Shown: piece after piece, positions 35,473-44,456 of the stretch | How the letters are laid out: each line of letters begins with the position of its first letter | Numbering within the stretch: the first letter of the stretch is position 1 | Origin: a virus | Lineage: Duplodnaviria; Heunggongvirae; Uroviricota; Caudoviricetes | Reading direction: 5' to 3' (one strand) | Virus record (IMG/VR): IMGVR_UViG_3300010354_007935 | Location: 1-46,283 of that record | DNA length: 46,283 bases | Notes under the pieces: generated by a model | Seen by the model: the letters and a program-made list of their open reading frames with translations, nothing else | What the model was told of the DNA's origin: nothing | Database searches by the model: none | Translations under genes and position numbers: made by a program

Positions 35473-36189
35473 ATGAGTAAAAGAGTGAAAAAACGCTTTA
35501 CGTCAGAAGTTAAGGTAATTGATTTTCAACCATATCTTCCACAAAAGAAGCAACGTGTAGTAATGTCAGCACGTTCGCCAAATCAAAAAACATACTTACA
35601 AAAACTGCAAAACGAAGAAACTAGCATTGTTTTTGCTATCGGGCCAGCCGGTACAGGCAAAACTATGTTAGCAGTTATGCACGGCATTAAGTTGTATCAG
35701 GAAGGTGTAGTTGATAAAATAGTCGTTACTAGACCCGCCGTTTCCGTAGATGAAGACTTAGGATTTTTGCCAGGTGACCTAAATGAAAAGATGGCACCGT
35801 GGACAAGGCCTATTTTTGATGTTATGGGAGAATATTATAAACAATCAGATATAGCAGAAATGCTAAAGGAAGGTGTTATTGAAATTAGTCCACTAGCCTA
35901 CATGCGAGGCAGAACTTTTAAAAATGCGTATATAGTAGCGGATGAAATGCAGAACGCTACAGTAAATCAAATGAAAATGCTACTAACCCGACTTGGTGAA
36001 GGCTCTAAGATGGTAGTAACAGGTGATTTAGCTCAAGCAGATCGTGTAAACGATAACGGCTTGATTAATTTCTGCAACCTACTCAAGGACAAACAAATGA
36101 AACATATTGACATTGTTCAGTTTGACCATAAAGATATTGAACGCCACGATGCGGTAAAGGAAGTATTATCGATCTACGGTGACTCATAA
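35473..36189 (+). CDS. phoH: PhoH family ATPase
   Basis: GPAGTGKT, VTRPAV, LGFLPG, LAYMRGRTF, DEMQN, TRLG, GDLAQAD. Confidence 0.96.
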   Translation: MSKRVKKRFTSEVKVIDFQPYLPQKKQRVVMSARSPNQKTYLQKLQNEETSIVFAIGPAGTGKTMLAVMHGIKLYQEGVVDKIVVTRPAVSVDEDLGFLPGDLNEKMAPWTRPIFDVMGEYYKQSDIAEMLKEGVIEISPLAYMRGRTFKNAYIVADEMQNATVNQMKMLLTRLGEGSKMVVTGDLAQADRVNDNGLINFCNLLKDKQMKHIDIVQFDHKDIERHDAVKEVLSIYGDS

Positions 36190-36190
36190 T

Positions 36191-36214
36191 AAAAGGGCTC
36201 TTAGGAGCCCTTTT
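36191..36214. terminator. Bidirectional intrinsic terminator
   Basis: AAAAGGGCTC-TTAG-GAGCCCTTTT at the junction of convergent genes. Confidence 0.88.
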
Positions 36215-36719
36215 CTACTTGTTCAACTTCAATGTTTGATGATTTTAGGAATTTAATTCCTGCATCATCTCTATAAGCAGATCCAAAGTAAACACGCTTT
36301 ATTCCGCTTTGGTATATTAGCTTTGCACATTCCATGCAAGGTGCATGGGTTATAAAAATATCTGCACCTAATCCAGACTCAGAACTTCTAGCTAATTTAG
36401 CAATCGCATTGCTTTCTGCATGAAGGACTTCGGGTTTAGTTTTTAATCCGTATCTGTATTCTTCTTCGGCTTCTTCATTATATTCAACATAAGGAAACCG
36501 CTCGAGAAATTCATCAGGGTCTAACCATCCACCTGCACCTGTGTCCCATACTTTATCCTCGCAGTCGTTATCCCAGCCTGCAGGCATACCATTATAACCG
36601 ATTGAAATAATCCTATCATCTTTTACAATAATAGCACCTACATGCAATCTACGTGCATGACTGAGCTCTGCGAATGTTTCCGCAGTTTTCATGTATGCTT
36701 GCTTAAATTTGTCTTTCAT
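36201..36719 (-). CDS. dCMP deaminase
   Basis: VGAIIV, ISIGYNG, LHAESNA, APCMECAK. Confidence 0.92.
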   Translation of the reverse strand: MKDKFKQAYMKTAETFAELSHARRLHVGAIIVKDDRIISIGYNGMPAGWDNDCEDKVWDTGAGGWLDPDEFLERFPYVEYNEEAEEEYRYGLKTKPEVLHAESNAIAKLARSSESGLGADIFITHAPCMECAKLIYQSGIKRVYFGSAYRDDAGIKFLKSSNIEVEQVEKGS

Positions 36720-37633
36720 ACTGCCGATAGTTTAATCAATGTTGCTGCCAAATTAATTTCTGGATCCATGACTAGTGTATGATCAACAAGACCTTGTTTG
36801 ATAATAACAATAGCTTTTTCTTGTCTGGCATCATCTCCAAACATTGCAATATTATCATAGAGCCAACGATAAATCTCGTCAATCTCGTCTGGTCTAACTT
36901 GTCCGCATACTAGTTTTCTAGCTTCGGTGATTCGACCTTGTTTAAAAAGTTCAACCATTTTAAACTTATAGTCTTCTACAGCTTCGTCGCCTTTGTTAGG
37001 ACTATGTAGTTCGCCTTCTTGTATATTTTGTTGTACAGTATTAATGGTCTTTCTGAGATCTGGGTAATAGGCTGCAACAAAGTTAGCTAGTGTTTCCACA
37101 TCAAACTTAATTTGTTCTTCGTTAAGTATGTGTTCTACACGTTTAAAAAATTCAAATTGATCAGTTTTTTCAACATGGAATCCTTGGCAACGACTGTGTA
37201 GCGCAGGAATGATTTTGTTAGGATAGTTGCAGGTTAAAATAAACCTAGCGTTTGTATGATATTCTTCCATGACTCCACGAAGCGCAGCCTGTGCGTTAGG
37301 AGACAGATAGTCTGCTTCGTCTAGTAGAACAACCTTGAAAGGACTACCAAACGGAATCATTTGGACAAAATTAATAATTTTATCCCTGACATCGTCTACA
37401 GAGTTTGTTCTACTGGCGTTAATTTCTAAAATATCATGTTCTGATATATCTAACTCGTTAAGTAGAATTTTTGCTAAAGTAGTTTTGCCAATACCTGCAC
37501 TACCGCTAAACAACAAATGCGGAATACTTTGATCCTTTATCCACGTTTCAATTTGCTTTCTTTGTCCTGCATCTCGGAAAACATATCCGTTTATTTTAGA
37601 CGGACGATATTTTTCTACCCATAGTTCTTTCAT
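36716..37633 (-). CDS. Clamp loader AAA+ subunit (T4 gp44 / RFC small subunit-like)
   Basis: LWVEKYRP, GSAGIGKTT, LDEAD, SRC motif. Confidence 0.93.
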   Translation of the reverse strand: MKELWVEKYRPSKINGYVFRDAGQRKQIETWIKDQSIPHLLFSGSAGIGKTTLAKILLNELDISEHDILEINASRTNSVDDVRDKIINFVQMIPFGSPFKVVLLDEADYLSPNAQAALRGVMEEYHTNARFILTCNYPNKIIPALHSRCQGFHVEKTDQFEFFKRVEHILNEEQIKFDVETLANFVAAYYPDLRKTINTVQQNIQEGELHSPNKGDEAVEDYKFKMVELFKQGRITEARKLVCGQVRPDEIDEIYRWLYDNIAMFGDDARQEKAIVIIKQGLVDHTLVMDPEINLAATLIKLSAV

Positions 37634-37860
37634 TGCGTTACCTTAAAGTGTTCTTTAATTTTTTTAGTTATTTCATTTGCTATACCAGCGGCACGATCTG
37701 CATCGTGTGTGGTATAGATATGTTTATTATAGTTTACTGGGTCGGCGATGATTTTAAGAACATCGTCGATAATTAACTGGGCAAACTTTTCGTAATCGAT
37801 TTGCTTAACTGCATAATGGCTATAGCATTCCATTAGCATTGCTTGTAATTTTTCATTCAT
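37630..37860 (-). CDS. Hypothetical protein
   Basis: Start set at ATG 37860 (MNEKLQ), overlapping the upstream stop. Confidence 0.6.
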   Translation of the reverse strand: MNEKLQAMLMECYSHYAVKQIDYEKFAQLIIDDVLKIIADPVNYNKHIYTTHDADRAAGIANEITKKIKEHFKVTQ

Positions 37861-38105
37861 ACTATTTCCTCTACTATTCCTAAGATTTCTGCTAGAATAA
37901 GCAACGCACCGCATACAGCTAATGACCCCATAATAAGGCTGACGCCTGCTGCTATTCGCACAGCACTCTTGCAAACACTGACATAAAAATGTCCCTTACT
38001 TGTATCTTTAGGCTGTATATTAATCATAGGTGGGTGGTGCGGACAACGTCCTTGTTGATAGTCACACGATGGACTATAATCTTTATTGCAAAGTTGGCAT
38101 TTCAT
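37857..38105 (-). CDS. Small membrane protein with Cys-rich N-terminus
   Basis: CQLC...C...C, then KGHFYVS and TM helices; probably leaderless. Confidence 0.7.
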   Translation of the reverse strand: MKCQLCNKDYSPSCDYQQGRCPHHPPMINIQPKDTSKGHFYVSVCKSAVRIAAGVSLIMGSLAVCGALLILAEILGIVEEIV

Positions 38106-38110
38106 GATTT

Positions 38111-38139
38111 ATTATAATGATAAAAAAAGGGCTAGTCAA
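38111..38139 (-). promoter_or_regulatory. Sigma70-like promoter TTGACT-N17-TATAAT
   Basis: The -10 box ends 5 nt before the ATG at 38105; the -35 TTGAC is the loop of a terminator hairpin. Confidence 0.78.
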
Positions 38140-38149
38140 TAGCCCTTTT
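38122..38149 (-). terminator. Intrinsic terminator after groES
   Basis: AAAAGGGCTA-TTGAC-TAGCCCTTTTTTT on the minus strand. Confidence 0.85.
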
Positions 38150-38166
38150 GTTCGTTTCTGCCTATG

Positions 38167-38556
38167 TCAACCAACAAACATATCCGGAGTAAACACTTGT
38201 CCTTGTTGTGTACTGCTCATATTGCCTGTGTAGACATCGTTTGGTTTCTCATCTGCTGAAAGCAAAATGCTCTTTGTTTCGACCATTCGAATGGTAATTT
38301 CGTTACCATTTTCGTCTTCAACATTGATACCTCTAGTCCATCGGCCGTGTTCGACAAGTATCCACTCACCGATGTTAACATCTCGTTGCTCTGGACCAAC
38401 TGCCCAAACACGGCCCCATCGCGGTTTGATTCCTTCACTTTTACCGTCATCACTACGAATAATAATTCCAGTTGCAGTTCGTTGCTCATCGAAGCTCATG
38501 TCTATAACTAAGACATTATCTCGTAAAGGAACGATTTTACCTTTTACTGTATTCAT
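38167..38556 (-). CDS. groES: GroES-like co-chaperonin
   Basis: IVPLRDNVLV, TATGIII mobile loop, GRVWAVGP, VNIGEWILV. Confidence 0.88.
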   Translation of the reverse strand: MNTVKGKIVPLRDNVLVIDMSFDEQRTATGIIIRSDDGKSEGIKPRWGRVWAVGPEQRDVNIGEWILVEHGRWTRGINVEDENGNEITIRMVETKSILLSADEKPNDVYTGNMSSTQQGQVFTPDMFVG

Positions 38557-38822
38557 TCGTTACCTTCTGGATCCATATTGCTGATAGCTTTTTGTGTAGT
38601 AGGACTTGCTTCTTGGACTTGTTTAGAAGGCACAGCAGCTCGTAGTACTTCTTCGCGTTTTCGAATAATTTTGCCGCCAACGCCTAGTTCGTCCCCGCGA
38701 GCATTTACTTTGACATTACCAATAGCCACAGTCATTTCATTTTGCATAACTATTTTATGCATGTCAACTTCTTTGCCCTGCATTGAGCGGTAAGATGATC
38801 TTTGTTGTTCTTTCATTGCCAT
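38553..38822 (-). CDS. Hypothetical protein
   Basis: 89 aa after GGAG; AIGNVKVNARGDELGVGG. Confidence 0.75.
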   Translation of the reverse strand: MAMKEQQRSSYRSMQGKEVDMHKIVMQNEMTVAIGNVKVNARGDELGVGGKIIRKREEVLRAAVPSKQVQEASPTTQKAISNMDPEGNE

Positions 38823-38849
38823 ATTAATCTCCTTGGATTATCTTATTAC

Positions 38850-39365
38850 TTATCTCAGGAATTCTTCCCAGTCTAAATTATATTTGATCGGATCTATGTT
38901 GTGAATTCCAATCAAAAATAATACATAACTTGCTACGCTACTACCTCTGCCAATTCCCCAAATTACACCTTCTTTTGAACAAATATCTACAAAATATTTT
39001 AACCAGCGCAGTAGATCTAGCATGTTTCTTGCTTTGAACTGGACCAGTTCATCTTCTAAACGTGTAGTTTCTGGATCCCATGGCGGACATTGTTCTCTAA
39101 GCCAGCCTTCGATATCAAATTTTTTATATTCATCGGGCATATTCCAATCAGTCTGCATGTATCGATCAAAATCTTCTATGCTTAGATCGTCATTTGGATT
39201 GATAGGAGGAACAAAACTAAAATCTAATTGTTCTTCTAGTTTAGTAATGTTTTCGGATCGATCAACAATAACGGTATCGTTTATTGTTGGCTCGTAGCCT
39301 TTATAAACGGCATCGAACAAATCTTTCTCATTAAAAATAGGATTTTTATACTGGTCAAGTCTCAT
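38850..39365 (-). CDS. Stand-alone DnaE (Pol III alpha)-like fragment
   Basis: GIGRGSSVASYVLFLIGIHNIDPIKYNLDWEEFLR resembles DnaE GPGRGSxAGSLVxYxLGITxxDP...FERFL. Confidence 0.78.
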   Translation of the reverse strand: MRLDQYKNPIFNEKDLFDAVYKGYEPTINDTVIVDRSENITKLEEQLDFSFVPPINPNDDLSIEDFDRYMQTDWNMPDEYKKFDIEGWLREQCPPWDPETTRLEDELVQFKARNMLDLLRWLKYFVDICSKEGVIWGIGRGSSVASYVLFLIGIHNIDPIKYNLDWEEFLR

Positions 39366-39371
39366 GTCAAC

Positions 39372-39400
39372 ATTTTAGTTGACTTTGATCAGTTTGTCAA
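39372..39400 (-). promoter_or_regulatory. Sigma70-like promoter TTGACA-N17-TAAAAT
   Basis: The -10 box is flanked by the GTCAAC/GTTGAC inverted repeat and lies 6 nt before the ATG. Confidence 0.72.
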
Positions 39401-39605
39401 TGTCTTTTCCTTGATTGGTTAACATTTTGTCCAAATCTCTTGCCCGACGTTTACCTAATTCTTCTTTGTAGGTATTCAAAGTTAAGACTATTTGTTCACG
39501 CAATAATGGATTTGGAGTCATGAAATACTTTCTCGATAACTCGTTTATCTTGTTTTCAACTTCTGAATCTTTCAAAGACCCTAAATCTCCGATTAATGGA
39601 TGCAT
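39375..39605 (-). CDS. Small coiled-coil hypothetical protein
   Basis: 76 aa helical ORF. Confidence 0.7.
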   Translation of the reverse strand: MHPLIGDLGSLKDSEVENKINELSRKYFMTPNPLLREQIVLTLNTYKEELGKRRARDLDKMLTNQGKDIDKLIKVN

Positions 39606-40237
39606 TAGTATTCGCCTAAAAATCTCACAAAGACAGTTTGCCCACCGTCGATACTAAACGCTTCAATAACTTTATATTTTAAAGTTGTATGGCTAACAGT
39701 CATTGTAACAGACGGAGTTGCAGTAGTATACCATGCCGACGATGTATCAGCAATAAGAGTGTTTGCTCCAGCAGCTAATGTAACAATCGGACTAGATACT
39801 AACCCAGTTTTTGCCTTGAGCATTACTCGTATAGATATTAAACTAGGATCACTCGGAGTGACCCACGTCGGCCATCCTGCATTAAATTGAATTGTAGTGT
39901 TTGAATCGATATTTGTTATATTGTAGACAGATGCATTAGATGCATTAATAATAATTGTGTTGTCACTACTACTGTTATTAACAACATTTAAAGCCATTCC
40001 TTGTAATTTACCATTTCTAATGGTACTACCGGCCATGTTATTTGAAACAACAGAATTAGTGCCATCAACTGAGGCTTTTAATACACTATTATTTTGTAAG
40101 GTAGTAATTTCAGAACCTGCTACCCCTAACGCGGTTTTAATGTTTCCAAAGTTATCTCGAAATCCTTGGGTGTCATTATCTTGCCCTGCTACAGGGTAGG
40201 TTTCATCGATTACACTTTCGTCAATTGCACTTGTCAT
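39605..40237 (-). CDS. Putative tail/baseplate structural protein
   Basis: IDETYPVAGQDNDTQGFRDNF N-terminus; beta-rich S/T/N composition. Confidence 0.65.
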   Translation of the reverse strand: MTSAIDESVIDETYPVAGQDNDTQGFRDNFGNIKTALGVAGSEITTLQNNSVLKASVDGTNSVVSNNMAGSTIRNGKLQGMALNVVNNSSSDNTIIINASNASVYNITNIDSNTTIQFNAGWPTWVTPSDPSLISIRVMLKAKTGLVSSPIVTLAAGANTLIADTSSAWYTTATPSVTMTVSHTTLKYKVIEAFSIDGGQTVFVRFLGEY

Positions 40238-42864
40238 ACTGTTATCCTATCGTTTTTAAATACAAGGTATTTATCTGCTGTCTCGCCCTTGACCGAGTCA
40301 ATTATATATCTATCAACGGTATAATCTAGTAATTTAAAATCAAAACCGCTAAATTTGATATTTAAAAGTATATCGTCTGCTTTTCCAATTTTGCAATAAC
40401 AAAGAGGAACAGCTAACTGAAAATCTAATTCTTGATTGTCCCCAGGCTGTATACTACGCATCCAAAGCGGCAAATAATTACGTTCGTTTTCTAAACCGTT
40501 ACCTGCATCGTCTTCCCATTTCTTAATCCTGGCACGCCAGTTGCTTATACTATTCGGAAAATAAGATTCTCCGTTGGCAGTAGAAGTGTCATAGCCAGCA
40601 GAATCAATACTCAGTAGTAACGGGTCTAATCTACCAGTATCAAGGCCGACTTGTCCCATCTTAGCCTGTTTTGTTGCATTTGGTTTAGCATAGCCGCCTT
40701 GGTAGAAATCGTCACTCCTGTCGATGGTTTTAAGACTAGGTTCTGGGCTGTAGACGATGCTTACGGGTAATTTTTTTCCGTTGGGTTCTAACGGATCAAT
40801 CATTTCAACATAAACAACTTCATAAACTGGGGTACGTGTTCCTGGTATTAGAGCAGTTGCTTTCTTTACAGATCCAAATAGGAACCTTTTCTTCTTATGA
40901 TTTAATCCTATAGCACTTATATATTTTGCAGCATCTGTAGTTTCAATGCCGGCATATATTACCATTGATAAACTTGATTGTATTCCAAAATTAAAATCGT
41001 TTGGTCTGTAGATACTAGTTGGGGTAAAAATTGTAGTATCATCAATAAATTCTTTCCAATAATTTCTTTGTACTTTTGAAAGATAGGGTTTAGCAGTTAT
41101 GCTACTAAACACAAGTTGATTTGGTGTTTCAACTTTTATTCTGAATGTTCTAGTTGTTGCGCTATAGACCAGTTGATCTTGTGCTTTCACCGTGAAGACA
41201 TATTCGTAGTCAAAGCTAGTTGTACTACCGTCAAATGTCGTAGGAGTTGTTGCAAGATCAAAATATGTTAAACCTCCTGAAGTGGCTGTAGGATATTGAG
41301 AAATTTTTCCAACTATTTCTCCGTCGACGTTTAATGTTAGTCCTGGAGGCAATCTTCCACTTATTAGTGTATAAACAATAGTTGCAGTGGTAATACTGCT
41401 TACAGCTTCAACTTTTAATGTAGAGACAAAGTTTGCGTTTGCAGTACCTAAGTCACTCGGTGTTGCCCAATTAATAAAACTTTCTATTTCGCCTTGTAGC
41501 TTGATAGTGAACACTCTGTAGGATCGAGAAATTTCTCCGCTGGTTGCTACTCTGAATGCACTTGCTGTAAATGTAAATTCTTTTGTGATAGCTGGTTGAT
41601 AAGGTACTATGCCATAAATTTCAGCAGTAGTTTCGTCAAAGTTCATTCCTGGAGGAAGTTGACTCAATGTTCCGCTATAGAATAAAAGACCGTTGGGGAT
41701 ATCAACTCCTAACGGCTGTACCACAGTTAGTCGATATTCGTTATTGCCTAAAGAAACAACTGCGCTAATTTGATGTGTTTGAGAAGTTGCACCGGTAATT
41801 AAATTGTTAAAACAGATGTACTGCCCATATTGAGGAACGCTACTAGGGTCTTTTATTGTAATCTTTGTACCGCCAGCTACATTGTCAGTTAGTGTTTTTT
41901 TAATAGCAACCATCGATGTTTGAGCGTTAACTACTTCGATGTCGTAAAATACGTCGTAAATGTCGTAGGTATCTAATAACACAGTTACATAGTTGTTAGC
42001 CCTATAAGTGCCAAGGTCGCTTGGGGTGAGCCATATTGGATTTCTTAAATAAGTGTTATCGGCTGTGAATAGTCCAGTACCGTTTAAGATAGTTTCGTTA
42101 TCTGCTTTAAAGTAATCATCGCCGACAACAAATATACTAAAATTTCTTTTTTCAATATTGTCACCATCTGTAATTGTTACAGTAAAACCGTAATTTCGAT
42201 TTAATTTTTTTGGCGCTTTTGCTTTTAGGCTATAATCAAACGTGACTAAATCGAAGCTGTAAGAATCATATCCATTGGTAGGTTTTTGACCAAAATCAAA
42301 TGCTACAGTATCATAGTAAGTATTATCAAAAGACCCGTCACCATCGGCAGGTTTTAATGTATATGCTGGCTCAACTAGCCCGTAAATTAGACCGGTGTTG
42401 CTTAGTCGCAGCCCTGGAGGCAAAACTCCTTCGCCGCTGGCAATAAAAAATTTAATGTTGCCGTTGTAAGGTGTGAATGTATTATATGCCTCAATTTGAT
42501 AGTTAACATAACTCGAGTCGAGAACAAAAAATTGTTGCGGGATTGCAACATCTAATGGCCCAGCGGGCGTTACAAAGAATGGAACACTTTCGCCCTGTAT
42601 AGTTATATTGAATGTTCGATCAGAAATTCCAGCAAGAGAGCTTGCTCTTATACAAAAATCAAACGTTGTCGGTCTGGGAACTTGATAGGCACTACCAATG
42701 ATTTTATTTCCCGATAGCCGTAGCCCTGGTGGCAACTCGCCGGATATAACTTTAAAGGTAATACCAGAACTAGTCGATACTGGTAGCAAAATTTCTTGCT
42801 GGGTATTTTCAGAGAAATTCCCTAGACTGTAACCAGACGATTGAGTCCAAACATTTAAAGGCAT
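40234..42864 (-). CDS. Putative baseplate protein with repeated Ig-like (He_PIG-type) domains
   Basis: GELPPGLRL, GVLPPGLRL, QLPPGMNF and GRLPPGLTL repeats. Confidence 0.7.
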   Translation of the reverse strand: MPLNVWTQSSGYSLGNFSENTQQEILLPVSTSSGITFKVISGELPPGLRLSGNKIIGSAYQVPRPTTFDFCIRASSLAGISDRTFNITIQGESVPFFVTPAGPLDVAIPQQFFVLDSSYVNYQIEAYNTFTPYNGNIKFFIASGEGVLPPGLRLSNTGLIYGLVEPAYTLKPADGDGSFDNTYYDTVAFDFGQKPTNGYDSYSFDLVTFDYSLKAKAPKKLNRNYGFTVTITDGDNIEKRNFSIFVVGDDYFKADNETILNGTGLFTADNTYLRNPIWLTPSDLGTYRANNYVTVLLDTYDIYDVFYDIEVVNAQTSMVAIKKTLTDNVAGGTKITIKDPSSVPQYGQYICFNNLITGATSQTHQISAVVSLGNNEYRLTVVQPLGVDIPNGLLFYSGTLSQLPPGMNFDETTAEIYGIVPYQPAITKEFTFTASAFRVATSGEISRSYRVFTIKLQGEIESFINWATPSDLGTANANFVSTLKVEAVSSITTATIVYTLISGRLPPGLTLNVDGEIVGKISQYPTATSGGLTYFDLATTPTTFDGSTTSFDYEYVFTVKAQDQLVYSATTRTFRIKVETPNQLVFSSITAKPYLSKVQRNYWKEFIDDTTIFTPTSIYRPNDFNFGIQSSLSMVIYAGIETTDAAKYISAIGLNHKKKRFLFGSVKKATALIPGTRTPVYEVVYVEMIDPLEPNGKKLPVSIVYSPEPSLKTIDRSDDFYQGGYAKPNATKQAKMGQVGLDTGRLDPLLLSIDSAGYDTSTANGESYFPNSISNWRARIKKWEDDAGNGLENERNYLPLWMRSIQPGDNQELDFQLAVPLCYCKIGKADDILLNIKFSGFDFKLLDYTVDRYIIDSVKGETADKYLVFKNDRITV

Positions 42865-42867
42865 ATT

Positions 42868-44442
42868 TTATCCTATGCGATACCATGCTGCTACAGGAGA
42901 TGCTCTGAACACATATTTAAATGTTGTTCCTGCCGTTGCCGACCCTGAGAAGGAAGGTATCACTGTTGGAGATCCACCAACAGCTAAAACTACAGTATCT
43001 TGAACAATACTAAAAGAACAGACCTGTCCGTCAACCGGTGTACTAGGTAATGTCAGTGTAGCAGTAAGTCCAGGATTCTGAACAAGTAATACGTTTGTAG
43101 ATGTTGTAGTACTTAATGCATAGCTGGCACTTGCGGTAATACTGATGTAACTAGGAGCAATAATTTCCAAACCGTTAGTCTTTACAGAACCGTAGAATGT
43201 AGCTTGCTGATTGCTGTCAATTTTTACAGCATCGGTTAGTGTACCAGAAACTGCATTTGCTGTTTGGAAAGTAAATGCCCCAGGCACCTTGGATGTTGCT
43301 ACAGTTGAATCGGCTGTGATTTTTAAAGTTGCTGCAACCGCAGCACTAGTGCCATCTCCGCCATACCACTTGAATATTTGTAATTCGTCACCGGATAACA
43401 CACTGGTTGGCGAAGTTAAAGTTCCTCTATAGCGTAATACATTAAAGCTCTGTCCAAAGCTAGTATTTGCATAAGTTCTAAGAGTCACCTGTGCAGACGC
43501 AGCAGTTTGTCCTGAATTCGTAGTTGTTGTGTTAATAGCCAGTTGTCCTGAATTCAGAGGATCTAGCGGCCTAATATTTGTGTACTCTGACGCTAGCGGT
43601 CCAATAAAAAACAATCCGTTATCAAACAATTTTGCAGTTCTTAATAAATTACCGTTTTGTGTTTCTGTTGCAAAAATTAACGATCCAGGAACAATTGGCT
43701 CTAACCTTGCTGTTGTTGCACCAGTGCCAAATGTACCCGGGTCACTGGAATAAAACAATGTCATCTGTGTAGTAGTGCTAGAAAATACTCTAAAAGCGCC
43801 ATTATAATTGGCATTAGAATTTCCAGAAATTTCATAAGCCCTTGACTGAGTTGGTGCAAATGGCTGTGCAACAAAACTATATGTTACATAGTAAGGGCCT
43901 GTTCCAGTTTTACTAACAAAGTTTACAGCAAAGGCCGGACCTTGTTGAGTTGGTGCAGCACTGACAAGCGAAGATATTGAGGTGATTGAATCAAATAATA
44001 CACCGTTGTACGCTTCGTAAGTAGTACTGCCAACAAAGTCTCCAGACTGTACAATTTGTGGATTGTTTAATGTTCCTCTGGATCTTGAAAAAGTCAAAGA
44101 ACCGCTTAAGGTTGTTCCGCTATAGGCAGAATTTAAAACAACCATCGGCCGTGCAGTACTTTCGTTTGTAACAGTTAATGTTCCGCGACTAATCTGCAAA
44201 AGGTTTGTAATTTCGCTAAAACTTAAATCCGGTGATCCTTGTAATTCAGCACCGTTGCTTTGATAAAATGCCAGGTTTCCAAGGCTTGCTCCAGGATTTA
44301 CACCCGAAATTAATTTACCTCCTAGGGTAGATCCATCACCAACAAATATTTTTTTTGTATCTGTCGTATATAACAATTCTCCCTCAGAAGGTGTTATTGT
44401 TAGTCTTGCAACGTCTGTTCCACGTCTTAATTTTAATGCCAT
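42868..44442 (-). CDS. Tail fibre / appendage protein
   Basis: MALKLRRGT...PSEGELLYTTDTKKIFVGDG trimeric anchor N-terminus; repeated RSRG/RYRGT beta motifs. Confidence 0.72.
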   Translation of the reverse strand: MALKLRRGTDVARLTITPSEGELLYTTDTKKIFVGDGSTLGGKLISGVNPGASLGNLAFYQSNGAELQGSPDLSFSEITNLLQISRGTLTVTNESTARPMVVLNSAYSGTTLSGSLTFSRSRGTLNNPQIVQSGDFVGSTTYEAYNGVLFDSITSISSLVSAAPTQQGPAFAVNFVSKTGTGPYYVTYSFVAQPFAPTQSRAYEISGNSNANYNGAFRVFSSTTTQMTLFYSSDPGTFGTGATTARLEPIVPGSLIFATETQNGNLLRTAKLFDNGLFFIGPLASEYTNIRPLDPLNSGQLAINTTTTNSGQTAASAQVTLRTYANTSFGQSFNVLRYRGTLTSPTSVLSGDELQIFKWYGGDGTSAAVAATLKITADSTVATSKVPGAFTFQTANAVSGTLTDAVKIDSNQQATFYGSVKTNGLEIIAPSYISITASASYALSTTTSTNVLLVQNPGLTATLTLPSTPVDGQVCSFSIVQDTVVLAVGGSPTVIPSFSGSATAGTTFKYVFRASPVAAWYRIG

Positions 44443-44456
44443 TGTGTTCTCCTACC

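Noticed and set aside
36201-36719. Acidic/aromatic insertion in the dCMP deaminase as a novelty
   Set aside because: Insertions of variable length between the GYNG and HAE motifs occur in phage dCMP deaminases, including T4.
38850-39365. Functional DNA polymerase III alpha, or a simple pseudogene
   Set aside because: It has no catalytic PDxD, so it is not a polymerase. It has an intact ORF and a dedicated promoter with no adjacent remnants, so decay is not supported either.
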